The notes beneath the pieces are model-generated. The model searched no databases. It was given only the letters and a program-made list of their open reading frames with translations, and was not told the DNA's origin. Positions 9,775-20,574 of a stretch of DNA of 64,000 bases are shown here, one piece after another. The stretch is from Fibrobacteria bacterium (GTDB taxonomy: Bacteria; Fibrobacterota; Chitinivibrionia; Chitinivibrionales; FEN-1185), in assembly GCA_037447435.1 (NCBI GenBank), contig JBBIGR010000014.1, positions 37,178-101,177 on the forward strand. Reading direction: 5' to 3'. How positions within the stretch are numbered: position 1 is the first letter of the stretch; each line of letters begins with the position of its first letter. The translations under genes were made by a program, and so were the position numbers.

Positions 9775-10350
9775 ATGGATCATACGTGGTGGGGTTCCCT
9801 TAGTCCTGTGCAGCATTTATACTGGATAATCGCTATTCCAGCTACCGTAATACTTTTCGTACAGTTGATTTTAGCCTTCATTTCCGGATTTGAATTCCAT
9901 ATGGGCAGTGATTTGGGCGCTCATCATGCTGGCGATGTGGGCGCGCCTCATTTTCAACTTTTAACGCTTCGGAATGTGGTTGCTTTTTTTTCTGTTTTCG
10001 GATGGACCGGCTTGGCGTTAAAGCATGCAGGGGTATCAAACCTTTTTACGATTCTTATATCATTTAGTTCTGGTCTATTGATGATGATTATCATGACTTC
10101 CATGTTTGTCGGATTATCGAAGTTACAAAGTGACGGGACAATAATGATTTCAGGAGCGAAAGGCCTTTCTGCGCAAATATATCTCACAGTGCCCTCCAAT
10201 AGGACTGGATTTGGGAAAATAGAGGTCGTACTCCAGGGAAGGAAAATTGAATTGGATGCCTTAACAGATGATCTTGTAGATATTCCTACCGGTTCAAACG
10301 TGAAAATCTTAGATATAATTAATAATCAAGCAATTGTTGAAAGGATATAA
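9775..10350 (+). CDS. NfeD-like membrane protein with C-terminal OB-fold (flotillin partner)
   Basis: Three TM segments, VAFFSVFGWTG, C-terminal IPTGSNVKILD; directly upstream of flotillin. Confidence 0.8.
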   Translation: MDHTWWGSLSPVQHLYWIIAIPATVILFVQLILAFISGFEFHMGSDLGAHHAGDVGAPHFQLLTLRNVVAFFSVFGWTGLALKHAGVSNLFTILISFSSGLLMMIIMTSMFVGLSKLQSDGTIMISGAKGLSAQIYLTVPSNRTGFGKIEVVLQGRKIELDALTDDLVDIPTGSNVKILDIINNQAIVERI

Positions 10351-10354
10351 AACC

Positions 10355-11926
10355 ATGTATGTTTTAGCCGCCGTAGCCGTCGCTACTCTTGTAATCGTTA
10401 TCATGCTTATCAGCGTTCTGTCAAGATATAAACGATGTCCTTCGGACAAGGTACTGGTAATTTTTGGAAAAGTCGCAAAGGGTCAAACTGCGCGCTGTGT
10501 TCATGGTGGCGCGGCATTTGTTTGGCCGATCATCCAAGATTACAAGATGTTAAACCTTACTCCAATCCAAATCGATATTCCGCTCGATAATGCGCTCTCA
10601 CGACAAAACATTCGTGTTTCTGTTCCGGCAGTTTTTACAATCGGTGTATCCACAAAGCCTGAAATCATGATTTCGGCAGCCGAACGACTCTTGGGTTTAT
10701 TGCCCCAAGACATTTCCAAGCTTGCAGAAGAAATCATCATTGGACAAATGCGACTTGTTGTGGCGCAAATGGATATTGAAGAAATCAATTCCAATCGTGA
10801 TAAATTTCTAGATGGAATTTATAAAAACGTTGAAACAGAACTTGAAAAAGTAGGATTGCGTTTAATTAATGTTAATATAAAAGATATTAAAGATGCCTCC
10901 GGCTACCTTGAAGCATTAGGAAAAAACGCTGCTGCGGAAGCGTTAAACAATGCAAAGAAAGCAGTCGCAGAAAAGGACCGGGATGGCGCAATCGGCCAAG
11001 CTGATGCGGTAAAAGAACAAACGATTAAAGTGGCTGAAGCAACTGCTGCGGCCGAATCGGGCAAAGCCGATGCTGACCGCCTCATGCGCGTAAACATTGC
11101 TTCTGCAAATGCAACTGCCGTTGAAGGAGAAAATAAGGCAACCGTTACAATTGCCAATTCATCGGCTTCTGCGGAATCGGGTAAGGCAGATGCGCAACGA
11201 TTCATGCGAGTAAATATCGCCAATGCCAATGCCACTGCCGTACAGGGTGAAAACCTTGCTGCAGTGACTATTGCAAACTCAACTTCGGAAATGCGCCAGA
11301 AAAAAGCAGAAGCAGAAAGAGCTGCTCTTGCAGCGGAAAAAGTTCGATCTGCGCAAGCATTGGAAGAAGCCTATAAGGCGGAACAATTGGCTGAAACCGC
11401 CCGAGCAGAACGCGAACGAGCTACAAAAACCGCTAATGAAGTAGTCAATGCCGAAATCGAGCGTCAAAAGATTCTCATCGCAGCTGAGGCTGAGAAAGCG
11501 AAACTCATCAAAGAAGCTGAAGGAGAAGGAGAAGCAATTTTCGCCAAAATGAATGGCCAGGCACGCGGCATCATGGAAATACTCACAAAGCAAGCTGAGG
11601 GACTTGAAAAGATTGTAAAGGCGGCGGGTGGAAACCCCGACAAAGCTGCGACATTACTCATCATAGACAAACTGCCTGAATTGGTCAAGACACAGGTAGA
11701 GGCAATCAAGGGTATTAAAATTGACAAAGTTACTGTTTGGGATTCTGGATCCAAAGATGGAGGTCCAAATTCAACAGCAAGTTTTTTTCAAGGGTTAATG
11801 AAATCGGTTCCCCCTTTGAATGACATATTTCAACAAGCTGGCATGGTTTTGCCTGAAATTTTGGGAAAGCCTTCCAATTCCAAACCGAAACCTGAACCAA
11901 AGGAAACGGAACCGTCTGAACAATAA
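10355..11926 (+). CDS. Flotillin/SPFH family protein
   Basis: N-terminal TM, RYKRCPSDKVLVIFGK, GGAAFVWPIIQ, Ala/Glu-rich coiled coil, IKIDKVTVWD. Confidence 0.92.
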   Translation: MYVLAAVAVATLVIVIMLISVLSRYKRCPSDKVLVIFGKVAKGQTARCVHGGAAFVWPIIQDYKMLNLTPIQIDIPLDNALSRQNIRVSVPAVFTIGVSTKPEIMISAAERLLGLLPQDISKLAEEIIIGQMRLVVAQMDIEEINSNRDKFLDGIYKNVETELEKVGLRLINVNIKDIKDASGYLEALGKNAAAEALNNAKKAVAEKDRDGAIGQADAVKEQTIKVAEATAAAESGKADADRLMRVNIASANATAVEGENKATVTIANSSASAESGKADAQRFMRVNIANANATAVQGENLAAVTIANSTSEMRQKKAEAERAALAAEKVRSAQALEEAYKAEQLAETARAERERATKTANEVVNAEIERQKILIAAEAEKAKLIKEAEGEGEAIFAKMNGQARGIMEILTKQAEGLEKIVKAAGGNPDKAATLLIIDKLPELVKTQVEAIKGIKIDKVTVWDSGSKDGGPNSTASFFQGLMKSVPPLNDIFQQAGMVLPEILGKPSNSKPKPEPKETEPSEQ

Positions 11927-11959
11927 CTACGGTATAATTCTGGATAATAGGACAATGGC

Positions 11960-12679
11960 ATGATGAAAACTACTATGAATTCGTTTTCCGGATTTTCGAG
12001 AAAAACTCTTACGTTCCTTTCGCAAAACCATCGGAAAAACAGTAAATCCTGGTTTGAAGCTCATCGGGACGACTATCAAAACTTTGTTCTAACCCCATTT
12101 CGGGCTCTATCGGATTCGTTGGCAATGATCGTTGGCCAGATAGACGAGGAAATTGAAACCCGATCACAACGCACCGTGTCCCGGATTTACCGGGATACCC
12201 GTTTTTCTAAAGACAAATCGCTGTACAAAAAAGCTCTCTGGATAACATTTAAAAGATCAATAGACGATTGGCCGGATTTTCCGGCTTTCTTTTTTGAACT
12301 ATCGCCGACATCGTATTGTTTTGGAATGGGGTTTTACGCAGCCTCGCGAGACACAATGGATAAAATCCGCACCTTACTCGAAAAAAAGCCGAAAATCATT
12401 CTCACGCAATTATCGGCCTTGAAAAAACTTCATGGGTTCGAATTAGAGGGTGATGAATACAAACGGATAATAAACCCTGCAATACCCGGCGGCATCATGT
12501 CTTTATATCAAAAGAAAAACATTTATCTGATCAAAAACAGCACAATCAATGAAAACGTTTTTTCGGAATCGTTATTGTCAGAAATAGGTAACGGTTTCGG
12601 CGCATTAGGATCCTTATACCACCTATTTGCAGATCTTCATTCAAAAGACATCGATAAAATTATTATCGCCGACAGTTAA
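11960..12679 (+). CDS. DUF2461 family protein
   Basis: NSKSWFEAHRDDY and RIYRDTRFSKDKSLYK signature. Confidence 0.88.
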   Translation: MMKTTMNSFSGFSRKTLTFLSQNHRKNSKSWFEAHRDDYQNFVLTPFRALSDSLAMIVGQIDEEIETRSQRTVSRIYRDTRFSKDKSLYKKALWITFKRSIDDWPDFPAFFFELSPTSYCFGMGFYAASRDTMDKIRTLLEKKPKIILTQLSALKKLHGFELEGDEYKRIINPAIPGGIMSLYQKKNIYLIKNSTINENVFSESLLSEIGNGFGALGSLYHLFADLHSKDIDKIIIADS

Positions 12680-12703
12680 ACCAGGCTAACCGCCAAAAAA
12701 ACC

Positions 12704-12745
12704 AAAGTAAAGACGGGCATTTAAATAAACGCCCGTTTTTACTTT
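12704..12745. terminator. Bidirectional intrinsic terminator
   Basis: AAAGTAAAGACGGGC...GCCCGTTTTTACTTT between convergent genes. Confidence 0.75.
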
Positions 12746-12768
12746 TCAAGAACCAGTTGCGATACACA

Positions 12769-15609
12769 TCATTTCGAATTAACAAAAGATACTACCGCAT
12801 CGTCTTTTCCGCCGAATTTCACATACTTCTTGTAAAAATCTTTTGCCTTATCCTGATTCTTAAGATCGTAAAAGTAAATATCGCCGATGTCCTTATAGGC
12901 AATAAAGAATTTCTTTTCGTCGTCCCGACCCCGAACGGACTTTTTGTACGCATCGATGGCGTCTTCGAATTTGAGCACAAGCTTAAGTTCGCGGGCAAGC
13001 CCATACGCCAATGACGCGCTCTTCGGATACACTTCAAGTCCGCGTTTAAAAGCGGATATTGCCTGGTCATGAAGTTGCTGCATGCTCAATACCCTGCCTA
13101 AAAGTCCAAACACTTCGGGTTGGCGAGGTGCTTTGCGCGCAACTTCTGCGTATAATTCGAATGCTGCCTGGTATTGAGATATCCCTTCATACGCTTTGCC
13201 CATTCCAAGGATAAAATCGACATTATGGGGTGAAGAGCCAAGGGCACGGCCAAAACTTTCAATCGCCTTGTCATATTGCTTTTTTGAGAGATTTACTCTT
13301 CCTGCACCTGCATGGGCAAGCGAATTTTCGGGCATGAGCGTGGAGGCAACGGTAAACGAAATGATTGCTTCATCCTGCCGATCTTCCAGTTCCGCAATTT
13401 CACCGTTCATCAGGTGTGCCCATCCGCTCTTTTTGTTTGATGCATATTGAGAATACATGGTTTTTGCCTTATCCTTCATCCCCATGCGCAAGTACACGGA
13501 ACAAAGACGATATACCAATTCCTCGTTTTTGGAATTACCTGAAAAAACTTTTTCATAAATCATGGCGGCCCGTTCGTAATCGCCGAGCAAAAACAACGCT
13601 TTTCCCAAACCTATCGCGGCTGGCTCGCTAAACGTGCCGAAAGCAAGGGACTGATTGTAGAATTTAACGGCCAAATCATATTCTCCGTTGTCTAAATAAA
13701 TATCGGCAAGATATTTATAACAAGAAGCACAGGACTTGCTCTTGACAATTGCCTTCAGAAGCAAGTCTTTGGCGGTTTCAAAATCGCCCGCCTCTTTATA
13801 TAAAATCCCTGCCCATTGAATTATTTCGAACGACGAAGAATCGCGGGACAAAGCGCGCTTTATGTAATCGAATGCGACATCGCGTCGCCCAATGGAATTG
13901 GCCACCTGCGCAAATTGGACCAAAAAGACGGTATTAAAAGGATCAAGGCGCGCGGCGACTCCAAGATGTTCGTACGCGCTGTCTTTGTCTCCTATCGATA
14001 GCAGCAACTTGCCATATTCATATCTGCAATTTGCGTTTTGCGGATCAATGCCGATCGACTGAGACAAAAGCGGCTTTGCAGTTGCGATTTGCTTCTTCGC
14101 GGCATATAATTTTCCGAATTCATAGAGTATTTCCGCATTACCCGATTCCAGTGAATAGGCTTTTCGCAGCTGTAAAAACCGCCCGTTATCGTTCCCGTTC
14201 TTTTCGTAAGCCCTCGCAAGTAACAGATGCGACATCGCAACGGTGCTGTCGAGATTATTGACGTTTTCCAGCACGGCAATCGCGTCGCGCCATTTTTGAT
14301 CGGCCAGGTAAATTTGGGCTAAATCTATTTGCGCTTTGACATTTCTCGGATCCGCTATTGTCCATTCCTTGATAACGCTCAGCAGTTTCTTGCTGTCGTT
14401 TTCTATGCTGTAACATGACGCAAGCAATGAAAGAATACGAACATTTCCTTTCATTTGGGCACGGCATTTTTCCAACGATTCAATAGCCTCCTTTGGTTGA
14501 TTGTTTTTAATCAGGCATTCACCGAGCAATGAAAGGCATTCGAAATTTTTAGGCATCATTTCAATTGATTTCTGCAAAACGACGACAGCGTCATTAAAGT
14601 GCTCTTGGGAGTAATACACGCTACCCAATTCACACCACGCAGCGGAATCGGTCGGCATTTTCTCCAGATATTTTTTGTATTGGTTTACCGCGGCAACCCT
14701 GTTGGCCTGAGCGGCAAGGCATTGACCGAGCATTTTCGACATTATGGGTTTTGCATCGGGAAGCAAGAGAGCTTTATCGAGCAAAACTTCGGCCTTGTGC
14801 CAGTTGCGTTCTGCAATGTAAATACCGGCCAAACGTTCGAAATTCCGGATATCGTTCGGATAATCGCTGATGTTCTTTTCAAAAGCCCGTATCGCCTTTT
14901 GCGTTTGAGACGATAATTCGAAGAGTTTTGCATAATTATAGAGATACTCCTGCTTTTTCGCCGAGGTCGCCATAGTCATGAGCTTGTCATATGCGGCAAT
15001 CGCCTTTTTATAATCCCCCATTTTTTCACTTGCAAATGCAGCCAGTTCCAACGCTCTACGGTTTTTCGCGAACTTCGCATCCGAATAGAGCGCAAGAACT
15101 TCATCGTAAGCGCCAAGCGCATTTTGGGATTCCATCACCATGAGGGTCAATCCGTCCTGAGCAGCTAAAAGATTCGATATATTTTGAGCAAGTTCAGCCA
15201 CTTTGGCATGATTTTTTTTAGCGGAATAAGCAGCTATCATTTTTGCGATGATTTGCGGCGAGGGATGTTGCTTCGTGCAATAGAGCTCGAACGCTGCAAT
15301 GGCTTTGTCGGTACATACCGAGCGCATAAACCCTTCCCCGGCCTTAATAAGCCAATCCTTATTCGAATCATTATCCAATTCATATAATTTCATACATGTT
15401 TCAGCTGCGATGCTGTCTTGGCCGGCCTTGAACTGATCTTGTGCGGTGCGAATCATATCGGTACTTAATTTTGTAACCGTTGATTGCATTGTCGGATTTG
15501 CCGAAGCATTATCCTGGGTGTCAAACTTTATATGTGTTTTACCATAGCTGGGTATCGCAAACCCGATTGCAGCGCAGATGATGATGGTTTTCAGTTTTGT
15601 GTTTTTCAT
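12769..15609 (-). CDS. Large exported tetratricopeptide-repeat protein
   Basis: ATG 15609 with GAGGAGG RBS, signal peptide, many TPR units over the whole length. Confidence 0.88.
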   Translation of the reverse strand: MKNTKLKTIIICAAIGFAIPSYGKTHIKFDTQDNASANPTMQSTVTKLSTDMIRTAQDQFKAGQDSIAAETCMKLYELDNDSNKDWLIKAGEGFMRSVCTDKAIAAFELYCTKQHPSPQIIAKMIAAYSAKKNHAKVAELAQNISNLLAAQDGLTLMVMESQNALGAYDEVLALYSDAKFAKNRRALELAAFASEKMGDYKKAIAAYDKLMTMATSAKKQEYLYNYAKLFELSSQTQKAIRAFEKNISDYPNDIRNFERLAGIYIAERNWHKAEVLLDKALLLPDAKPIMSKMLGQCLAAQANRVAAVNQYKKYLEKMPTDSAAWCELGSVYYSQEHFNDAVVVLQKSIEMMPKNFECLSLLGECLIKNNQPKEAIESLEKCRAQMKGNVRILSLLASCYSIENDSKKLLSVIKEWTIADPRNVKAQIDLAQIYLADQKWRDAIAVLENVNNLDSTVAMSHLLLARAYEKNGNDNGRFLQLRKAYSLESGNAEILYEFGKLYAAKKQIATAKPLLSQSIGIDPQNANCRYEYGKLLLSIGDKDSAYEHLGVAARLDPFNTVFLVQFAQVANSIGRRDVAFDYIKRALSRDSSSFEIIQWAGILYKEAGDFETAKDLLLKAIVKSKSCASCYKYLADIYLDNGEYDLAVKFYNQSLAFGTFSEPAAIGLGKALFLLGDYERAAMIYEKVFSGNSKNEELVYRLCSVYLRMGMKDKAKTMYSQYASNKKSGWAHLMNGEIAELEDRQDEAIISFTVASTLMPENSLAHAGAGRVNLSKKQYDKAIESFGRALGSSPHNVDFILGMGKAYEGISQYQAAFELYAEVARKAPRQPEVFGLLGRVLSMQQLHDQAISAFKRGLEVYPKSASLAYGLARELKLVLKFEDAIDAYKKSVRGRDDEKKFFIAYKDIGDIYFYDLKNQDKAKDFYKKYVKFGGKDDAVVSFVNSK

Positions 15610-15844
15610 ACTTTCCTCCTCTTGCTTCGTCTGTATTTTTATTGCTACGTTTTTGTTAAGCGCGTAAATATTAGGGCACAACTCGCCCTTTGATTATTAA
15701 AATTGCTCCCTCATTTTATCTGTTCTTGCCCTCGGTAACCCAATAAAGCATTTTAAAGGCAAGACTATTTCCACCCTTATTATATCATCCACTTTTAAAG
15801 AGTACAATAGTTTTTTAATCTTTTTTTTAGGATTAGTAGAGGCG

Positions 15845-17611
15845 ATGAAAAATAGCGAATCTGTTAATTACTATAATACGGCACAAATACTTAAAAATAA
15901 TGGTGACTTTTCAAGTGCATTGGAAGCTTTGGAATCTGCATTAAGAATCAGCCCTGATTTTTTTGAAGCAAGGGTAAATTGTTCCGAAGCGAACAGAATT
16001 TTGGGAAATACCGCTCAAGCCATTGAAAATATGAACGTTGCGCTGACATTAAAACCAGATTTTTTTGAGGGCCACAATGCTATCGGGCTTTTATACCATA
16101 GTATTTCTTCATTCGACCATGCCATAGGCCACTTTAAAAAGGCCGTTTCTATTAATCCGGAATTTGCCGAGGCATTTTATAACTTGGGCAATTGCCATAG
16201 AGATACTGAAAATTTTGATGAATCCATAGCAGGTTTTAAAGCTGCAATTGCATTAAATCCGCATTTTTTCCAGGCGATCGCAAATTGCGGCGAGGCGATG
16301 CAAATTACGGGGATGATTGACCAAGCAGAGGAATATTTTAAAAAAGCGCTCGATATTAATCCGTCAAGCGACATCGTCATCAGCAATTTGTTGTTGACCC
16401 AGAACTATAATCCGGGCTATTCCCAACTTCAACTGTTTGAAAACCATAAAAAGTATGCAGCCTTGATTGCACACCGCAATGATAAATTTCCACCCATTTT
16501 AAAAAAAATGTGCACGGCGGATAAAAAATTACGTATCGGATATGTTTCCGGCGACTTTAGAAACCACCCGGCTTCATATTTTCTAACACCGTTATTTTCA
16601 TATTGTAATCATGAGGATTTCCGGATTTATTGCTATAGTAACACACAGGTTCCCGACGCCAAAACCGTTTTTTTCAGGGATCGTTCCGATTCATGGAACT
16701 CGATTCGCGACATGACGGATCGGGAAGCTGCGGAAAAAATCCGGAAAGACGGGATAGACATTCTCGTTGATTTATGCGGACATAGCGCCGACAACAGGCT
16801 GGGGATTTTCTGTTTTAAACCCAGCCCCGTCCAAGTTACCTACCTTGGATACCCGAATTCGACCGGTCTTACGGTTATGGATTATAGATTGACAGACAAC
16901 ATTTGCGATCCGGAGGGCCAGCAATCTTTTTATACAGAAGCCCTGCGGTATTTGCCGCACTGTTTTTGTAACTATGCGCCGCAGGAAAGGATACAAGCGT
17001 CCAGCGAACCGCCGGTAAAGAGAAACAATTTCATTACCTTTGGATCCACCCATACGCTGGCACGACTGAACAATCAGGTACTTGACCTTTGGGCAAATAT
17101 TTTGGAGCGTATCCCTTCTTCACGATTGCGTATTGTGCGCAATACTTTGAAAGGAAATGCGGCCAAACGCATTAGGGATCGCTTCATAGGTCAGGGAATA
17201 ACTGCGGATAGAATTTCCCTGGTGCACGACATACCTCCTAACGCTCACCTTGATATTTATACTGAAATCGATGTTTTATTGGATACGTTTCCCTGGAGCG
17301 GCCACACGTCGGCCTGCGAGGCGCTTTTTATGGGTGTTCCTGTAATTTCATTGCACGGCGAAAGGTATGCAGGAAACATGGTCAATAGCGTCCTATCGAA
17401 CATCGGCCTTCCGGAATATATCGCGCAGTCGAAGGAGGAATATATTCTCAAAGCCGAACGCGCAGCAACGGATAGTTCCTCGCTCATCGATCTGCGATCG
17501 ACATTGCGAAGAAAAATGCTCGAAAGCCCTTTATGCGATTCTAAAACCTTTGTAAAGAATATCGAATCCGCTTATCGAAGTATGTGGGAAGCCTACTGCA
17601 ATGCACTATAG
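15845..17611 (+). CDS. TPR + GT41 glycosyltransferase (OGT/SPINDLY-like)
   Basis: N-terminal TPRs; LRIGYVSGDFRNHP, DILVDLCGHS, PVQVTYLGYPNSTG, LLDTFPWSGHTSACEALFMGVPV. Confidence 0.92.
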   Translation: MKNSESVNYYNTAQILKNNGDFSSALEALESALRISPDFFEARVNCSEANRILGNTAQAIENMNVALTLKPDFFEGHNAIGLLYHSISSFDHAIGHFKKAVSINPEFAEAFYNLGNCHRDTENFDESIAGFKAAIALNPHFFQAIANCGEAMQITGMIDQAEEYFKKALDINPSSDIVISNLLLTQNYNPGYSQLQLFENHKKYAALIAHRNDKFPPILKKMCTADKKLRIGYVSGDFRNHPASYFLTPLFSYCNHEDFRIYCYSNTQVPDAKTVFFRDRSDSWNSIRDMTDREAAEKIRKDGIDILVDLCGHSADNRLGIFCFKPSPVQVTYLGYPNSTGLTVMDYRLTDNICDPEGQQSFYTEALRYLPHCFCNYAPQERIQASSEPPVKRNNFITFGSTHTLARLNNQVLDLWANILERIPSSRLRIVRNTLKGNAAKRIRDRFIGQGITADRISLVHDIPPNAHLDIYTEIDVLLDTFPWSGHTSACEALFMGVPVISLHGERYAGNMVNSVLSNIGLPEYIAQSKEEYILKAERAATDSSSLIDLRSTLRRKMLESPLCDSKTFVKNIESAYRSMWEAYCNAL

Positions 17612-17629
17612 GTTACGATTTTGCCAAGT

Positions 17630-18715
17630 TCAGTCACGCTTCGGGGCGAATTTTGAACCGCCATACATTCCCATATCGTTCCGTGAATTGTCTCCATTTT
17701 TAAATTCACCGCTCGGGTTTCCGGCGTGAATGCACGGAGAATATCGGGACAAAGTATAGCGATCGGACGTTTTTTTCCGTTTTTTTGACGCGGTTGAATC
17801 GGACAATTCCGTGTGAAGCGACTTGGCAAGCACCGTGTCTTTGATGCGCGATTTATCGGTGGGTAAAGAAACATCCCGTTCGACTGCCACAGAGTCGAAT
17901 TCCGAACCGGCAAAAATAGGGTTTTTAAATAAATTATTCTTGATATCCGTGGAGTCTTTCCGATCATTTTTCTTTTTAAGAATGCCCAGTTCGGGATCAC
18001 AATCCAGTAAATTGCCGTCGGAATTTCCATAAACGCAATTATACTCAAACGTTATAGCCGACGTACCGTCGCACCAGAGCCCATTGCTTTTATTAAAGGC
18101 AATAATATTGTTTTGAAATACCGGGTTTGATTGGGAGCTCTTAATACCGAACGTATAATTGGAGGCGATGACATTATTTATGGCAGTTATATTTCCCCGT
18201 TGCTGGCAAACAATACCAACATTATTATAATCGATTCGACAATGATGGACATTGGGACTGCAATTTAAAACGCTTATCGCATTATACGCGCCGCTAATAT
18301 CGGCATACCCGAATTCAACACCTTTTTCGGGTGCATTTTTAAAAACGATACCGTACCATCGCGGCCCGGCTCCCTTTGCTCCTTCCGGCATAAATGAAAT
18401 ACGTTTATCGGCAATCCCGACGCATTCGAATCCGCCCTGAACAACAATTGAAATCGTGCCGGAATCCAATGCGTCAAGCTGCGGTACCGCCTTGTTGCGC
18501 ACACGCTCCTTGCCGATGAGAATAGCGGTCCCCGGCCCGATTGCAAGATGCGCACTTTTACTCACCATAATATCCTGGGTAACCACATACGGTCCCTCTT
18601 CGGCAGTCCAGCGCGTATCTTTATTGATAATTCCGCCCACTACCGTTTCCGCATCGGTTGCTCCCGGAAAAACAAAAAGCCCCGTGAATAGCACTATAAA
18701 AAAGCGGTTCTTCAT
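17630..18715 (-). CDS. Secreted right-handed parallel beta-helix protein
   Basis: Signal peptide, PbH1-like repeats, C-terminal SPCIHAGNP...DMGMYG. Confidence 0.8.
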   Translation of the reverse strand: MKNRFFIVLFTGLFVFPGATDAETVVGGIINKDTRWTAEEGPYVVTQDIMVSKSAHLAIGPGTAILIGKERVRNKAVPQLDALDSGTISIVVQGGFECVGIADKRISFMPEGAKGAGPRWYGIVFKNAPEKGVEFGYADISGAYNAISVLNCSPNVHHCRIDYNNVGIVCQQRGNITAINNVIASNYTFGIKSSQSNPVFQNNIIAFNKSNGLWCDGTSAITFEYNCVYGNSDGNLLDCDPELGILKKKNDRKDSTDIKNNLFKNPIFAGSEFDSVAVERDVSLPTDKSRIKDTVLAKSLHTELSDSTASKKRKKTSDRYTLSRYSPCIHAGNPSGEFKNGDNSRNDMGMYGGSKFAPKRD

Positions 18716-19674
18716 TCTGTTTCCACCAAATCTTTGTAAGCGTAATACAGCAAATACTTTTCGTATGTCGGAACAGTAATAAAAAACTGATATCCTTCTA
18801 TCGGATGAGCATCCGGTTTTGCCGCTTGTACCTTTACATACGTTAAAATTTCGGAATCCTTGAATTCCGTCAGCACCCTGACATGATCGCGCTCGATTTT
18901 CGCCTGAGAACAGGCGGAAATCATGTCTGCATTCGATATTTCGCTCTTAATTTCGGTTCCGCCTTTTTGTAGTGCAACAAAATTCCCAAGCGAAAAGATA
19001 AGCGCAATTGCCTCGGAAGAAAATCCGGGGATTTTTTCATACGCTTTTTTAAAAACCATTCGTAAATAATCGCAGAAGCCCGACAGCTTGGTTCCGTCCA
19101 GTAGAATTATCCTTCCCTCTTTTACCTCTATGATGCCGTTTGTTTGCAACACATCGAGCAAATGCATAATGCAACGATTATTGACGGTCAAAAGTTGAGA
19201 CAATTCGCACGTCGTATGAGCGAGATCCAATTCTCTGAAAGAAGCGGTGCCCGTCGCCGAACCGTGACGCAGAAAATAATAGTGCAACGCTATAATTGTA
19301 TGTAAACAATGATTCTTGGTTTGAATGGATTCCAGCCGCGAATTCGCTTTTCGTATTTTTTCGCTGGTCGTTCTAATCATCGACATAAACCAGGCCGGGA
19401 CACCGCTTATTTTTTTAAGAAACGTGTCTGCGTCGATCACGATAACGGCTGTCTCTTTAATCGCAAGAGCCGAAGCACTACGCGGCTTACCGTCTATAAG
19501 CGCCATTTCGCCGAAAACCGAACCTTTTGCAAGTTTTGTAAGTTCGACATCTTTTGTACCGATTTTGCGATATATCTTTATCATACCGGATTGAACAATA
19601 TACAATTCCTGGGAATGGTCGTTCTCATGGAAAAGATGGGTTCCGGGTTTGAATGTCTTGGCAAAAGGTTGCAT
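18712..19674 (-). CDS. Crp/Fnr-like cyclic-nucleotide-binding protein
   Basis: FGEMALIDGKPRSASA cNMP-binding cassette and downstream HTH-like region. Confidence 0.85.
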   Translation of the reverse strand: MQPFAKTFKPGTHLFHENDHSQELYIVQSGMIKIYRKIGTKDVELTKLAKGSVFGEMALIDGKPRSASALAIKETAVIVIDADTFLKKISGVPAWFMSMIRTTSEKIRKANSRLESIQTKNHCLHTIIALHYYFLRHGSATGTASFRELDLAHTTCELSQLLTVNNRCIMHLLDVLQTNGIIEVKEGRIILLDGTKLSGFCDYLRMVFKKAYEKIPGFSSEAIALIFSLGNFVALQKGGTEIKSEISNADMISACSQAKIERDHVRVLTEFKDSEILTYVKVQAAKPDAHPIEGYQFFITVPTYEKYLLYYAYKDLVETE

Positions 19675-19758
19675 AGTTTTTTTAACGACAGGAATTATTT
19701 TAAAATTTCCCTTTTAATTGTACGTTTCACGCTTTGTAAAATCAAGGAGAATACTTCG

Positions 19759-20574
19759 TTGCGTCCCATTACGTTTTCAATTGTTTTCGCACTAATCATA
19801 ACACTATCGGGCGGATGCTCCCGGAATAAAGAAGTTGCATTGACCGTGGATTTTTCGGGGAAACGGCAATTCCGTTATTGTATTGATGCCGTTGTTCGCG
19901 GATCAATAGCCTCGATCGACACGCAGCGCTCTTTTCAAAGCGCCGCAATGTGTACGCTCATTTGCTCGGGAGACGGCAAAAACAGAACAATGTTTCATGC
20001 CACCGTGCCGTATGCAAAATTTAGCTCCACAATTCTCGGGGAAGACGAAATCAACAACCTGACGCAACAAGCGCGTGACGTAAAACTCACTTGCGCTTTG
20101 GACAATGCAACCATTGTTCCCGATGATTCCATGGATTTGCCGCTTATACGAATCGGCGAATGGGATGTCTTTACCGATCTTATAAAGGCGATTCCTGCTT
20201 TGCCTAAAACAAAAGTGAAAAAAGGCGCTTCGTGGGACAGAGAAAAAATCATCCCGCTTGACACTAAACAGGGAAAAGCAACGGGGCACTTATACCAATC
20301 CTTTAAACTCGATAGTATTTCATATCCGGCAAATAAATTCCTGATCGCCTATATTTCATGGAACTTCACCTATCAAATCGAACTTCACGAACGCGATTCC
20401 TTAAAAATCCTGGACCGGATGCCCTCTCGCGGTATCGGACAGGGGCAAGCCGCGGTGGATATAAGCAACAAAAGGCTTGAATATGCAAAAGCGAGTTTTT
20501 CGGTGCCTCAAGCGAGCGAAGGATTGTACAAAATATCCTGGAATGAATCTATTTCCCTGAAGTATGTCCCATGA
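19759..20574 (+). CDS. Hypothetical lipoprotein
   Basis: TTG 19759 after AAGGAG; signal peptide ending LSGG/C. The longer 19309 start overlaps the Crp gene. Confidence 0.65.
   Translation: MRPITFSIVFALIITLSGGCSRNKEVALTVDFSGKRQFRYCIDAVVRGSIASIDTQRSFQSAAMCTLICSGDGKNRTMFHATVPYAKFSSTILGEDEINNLTQQARDVKLTCALDNATIVPDDSMDLPLIRIGEWDVFTDLIKAIPALPKTKVKKGASWDREKIIPLDTKQGKATGHLYQSFKLDSISYPANKFLIAYISWNFTYQIELHERDSLKILDRMPSRGIGQGQAAVDISNKRLEYAKASFSVPQASEGLYKISWNESISLKYVP

Noticed and set aside
19309..19758. N-terminal 150 aa of the 421-aa ORF
   Set aside because: Overlaps the Crp-like gene on the opposite strand; a TTG at 19759 has an RBS and a lipoprotein signal.
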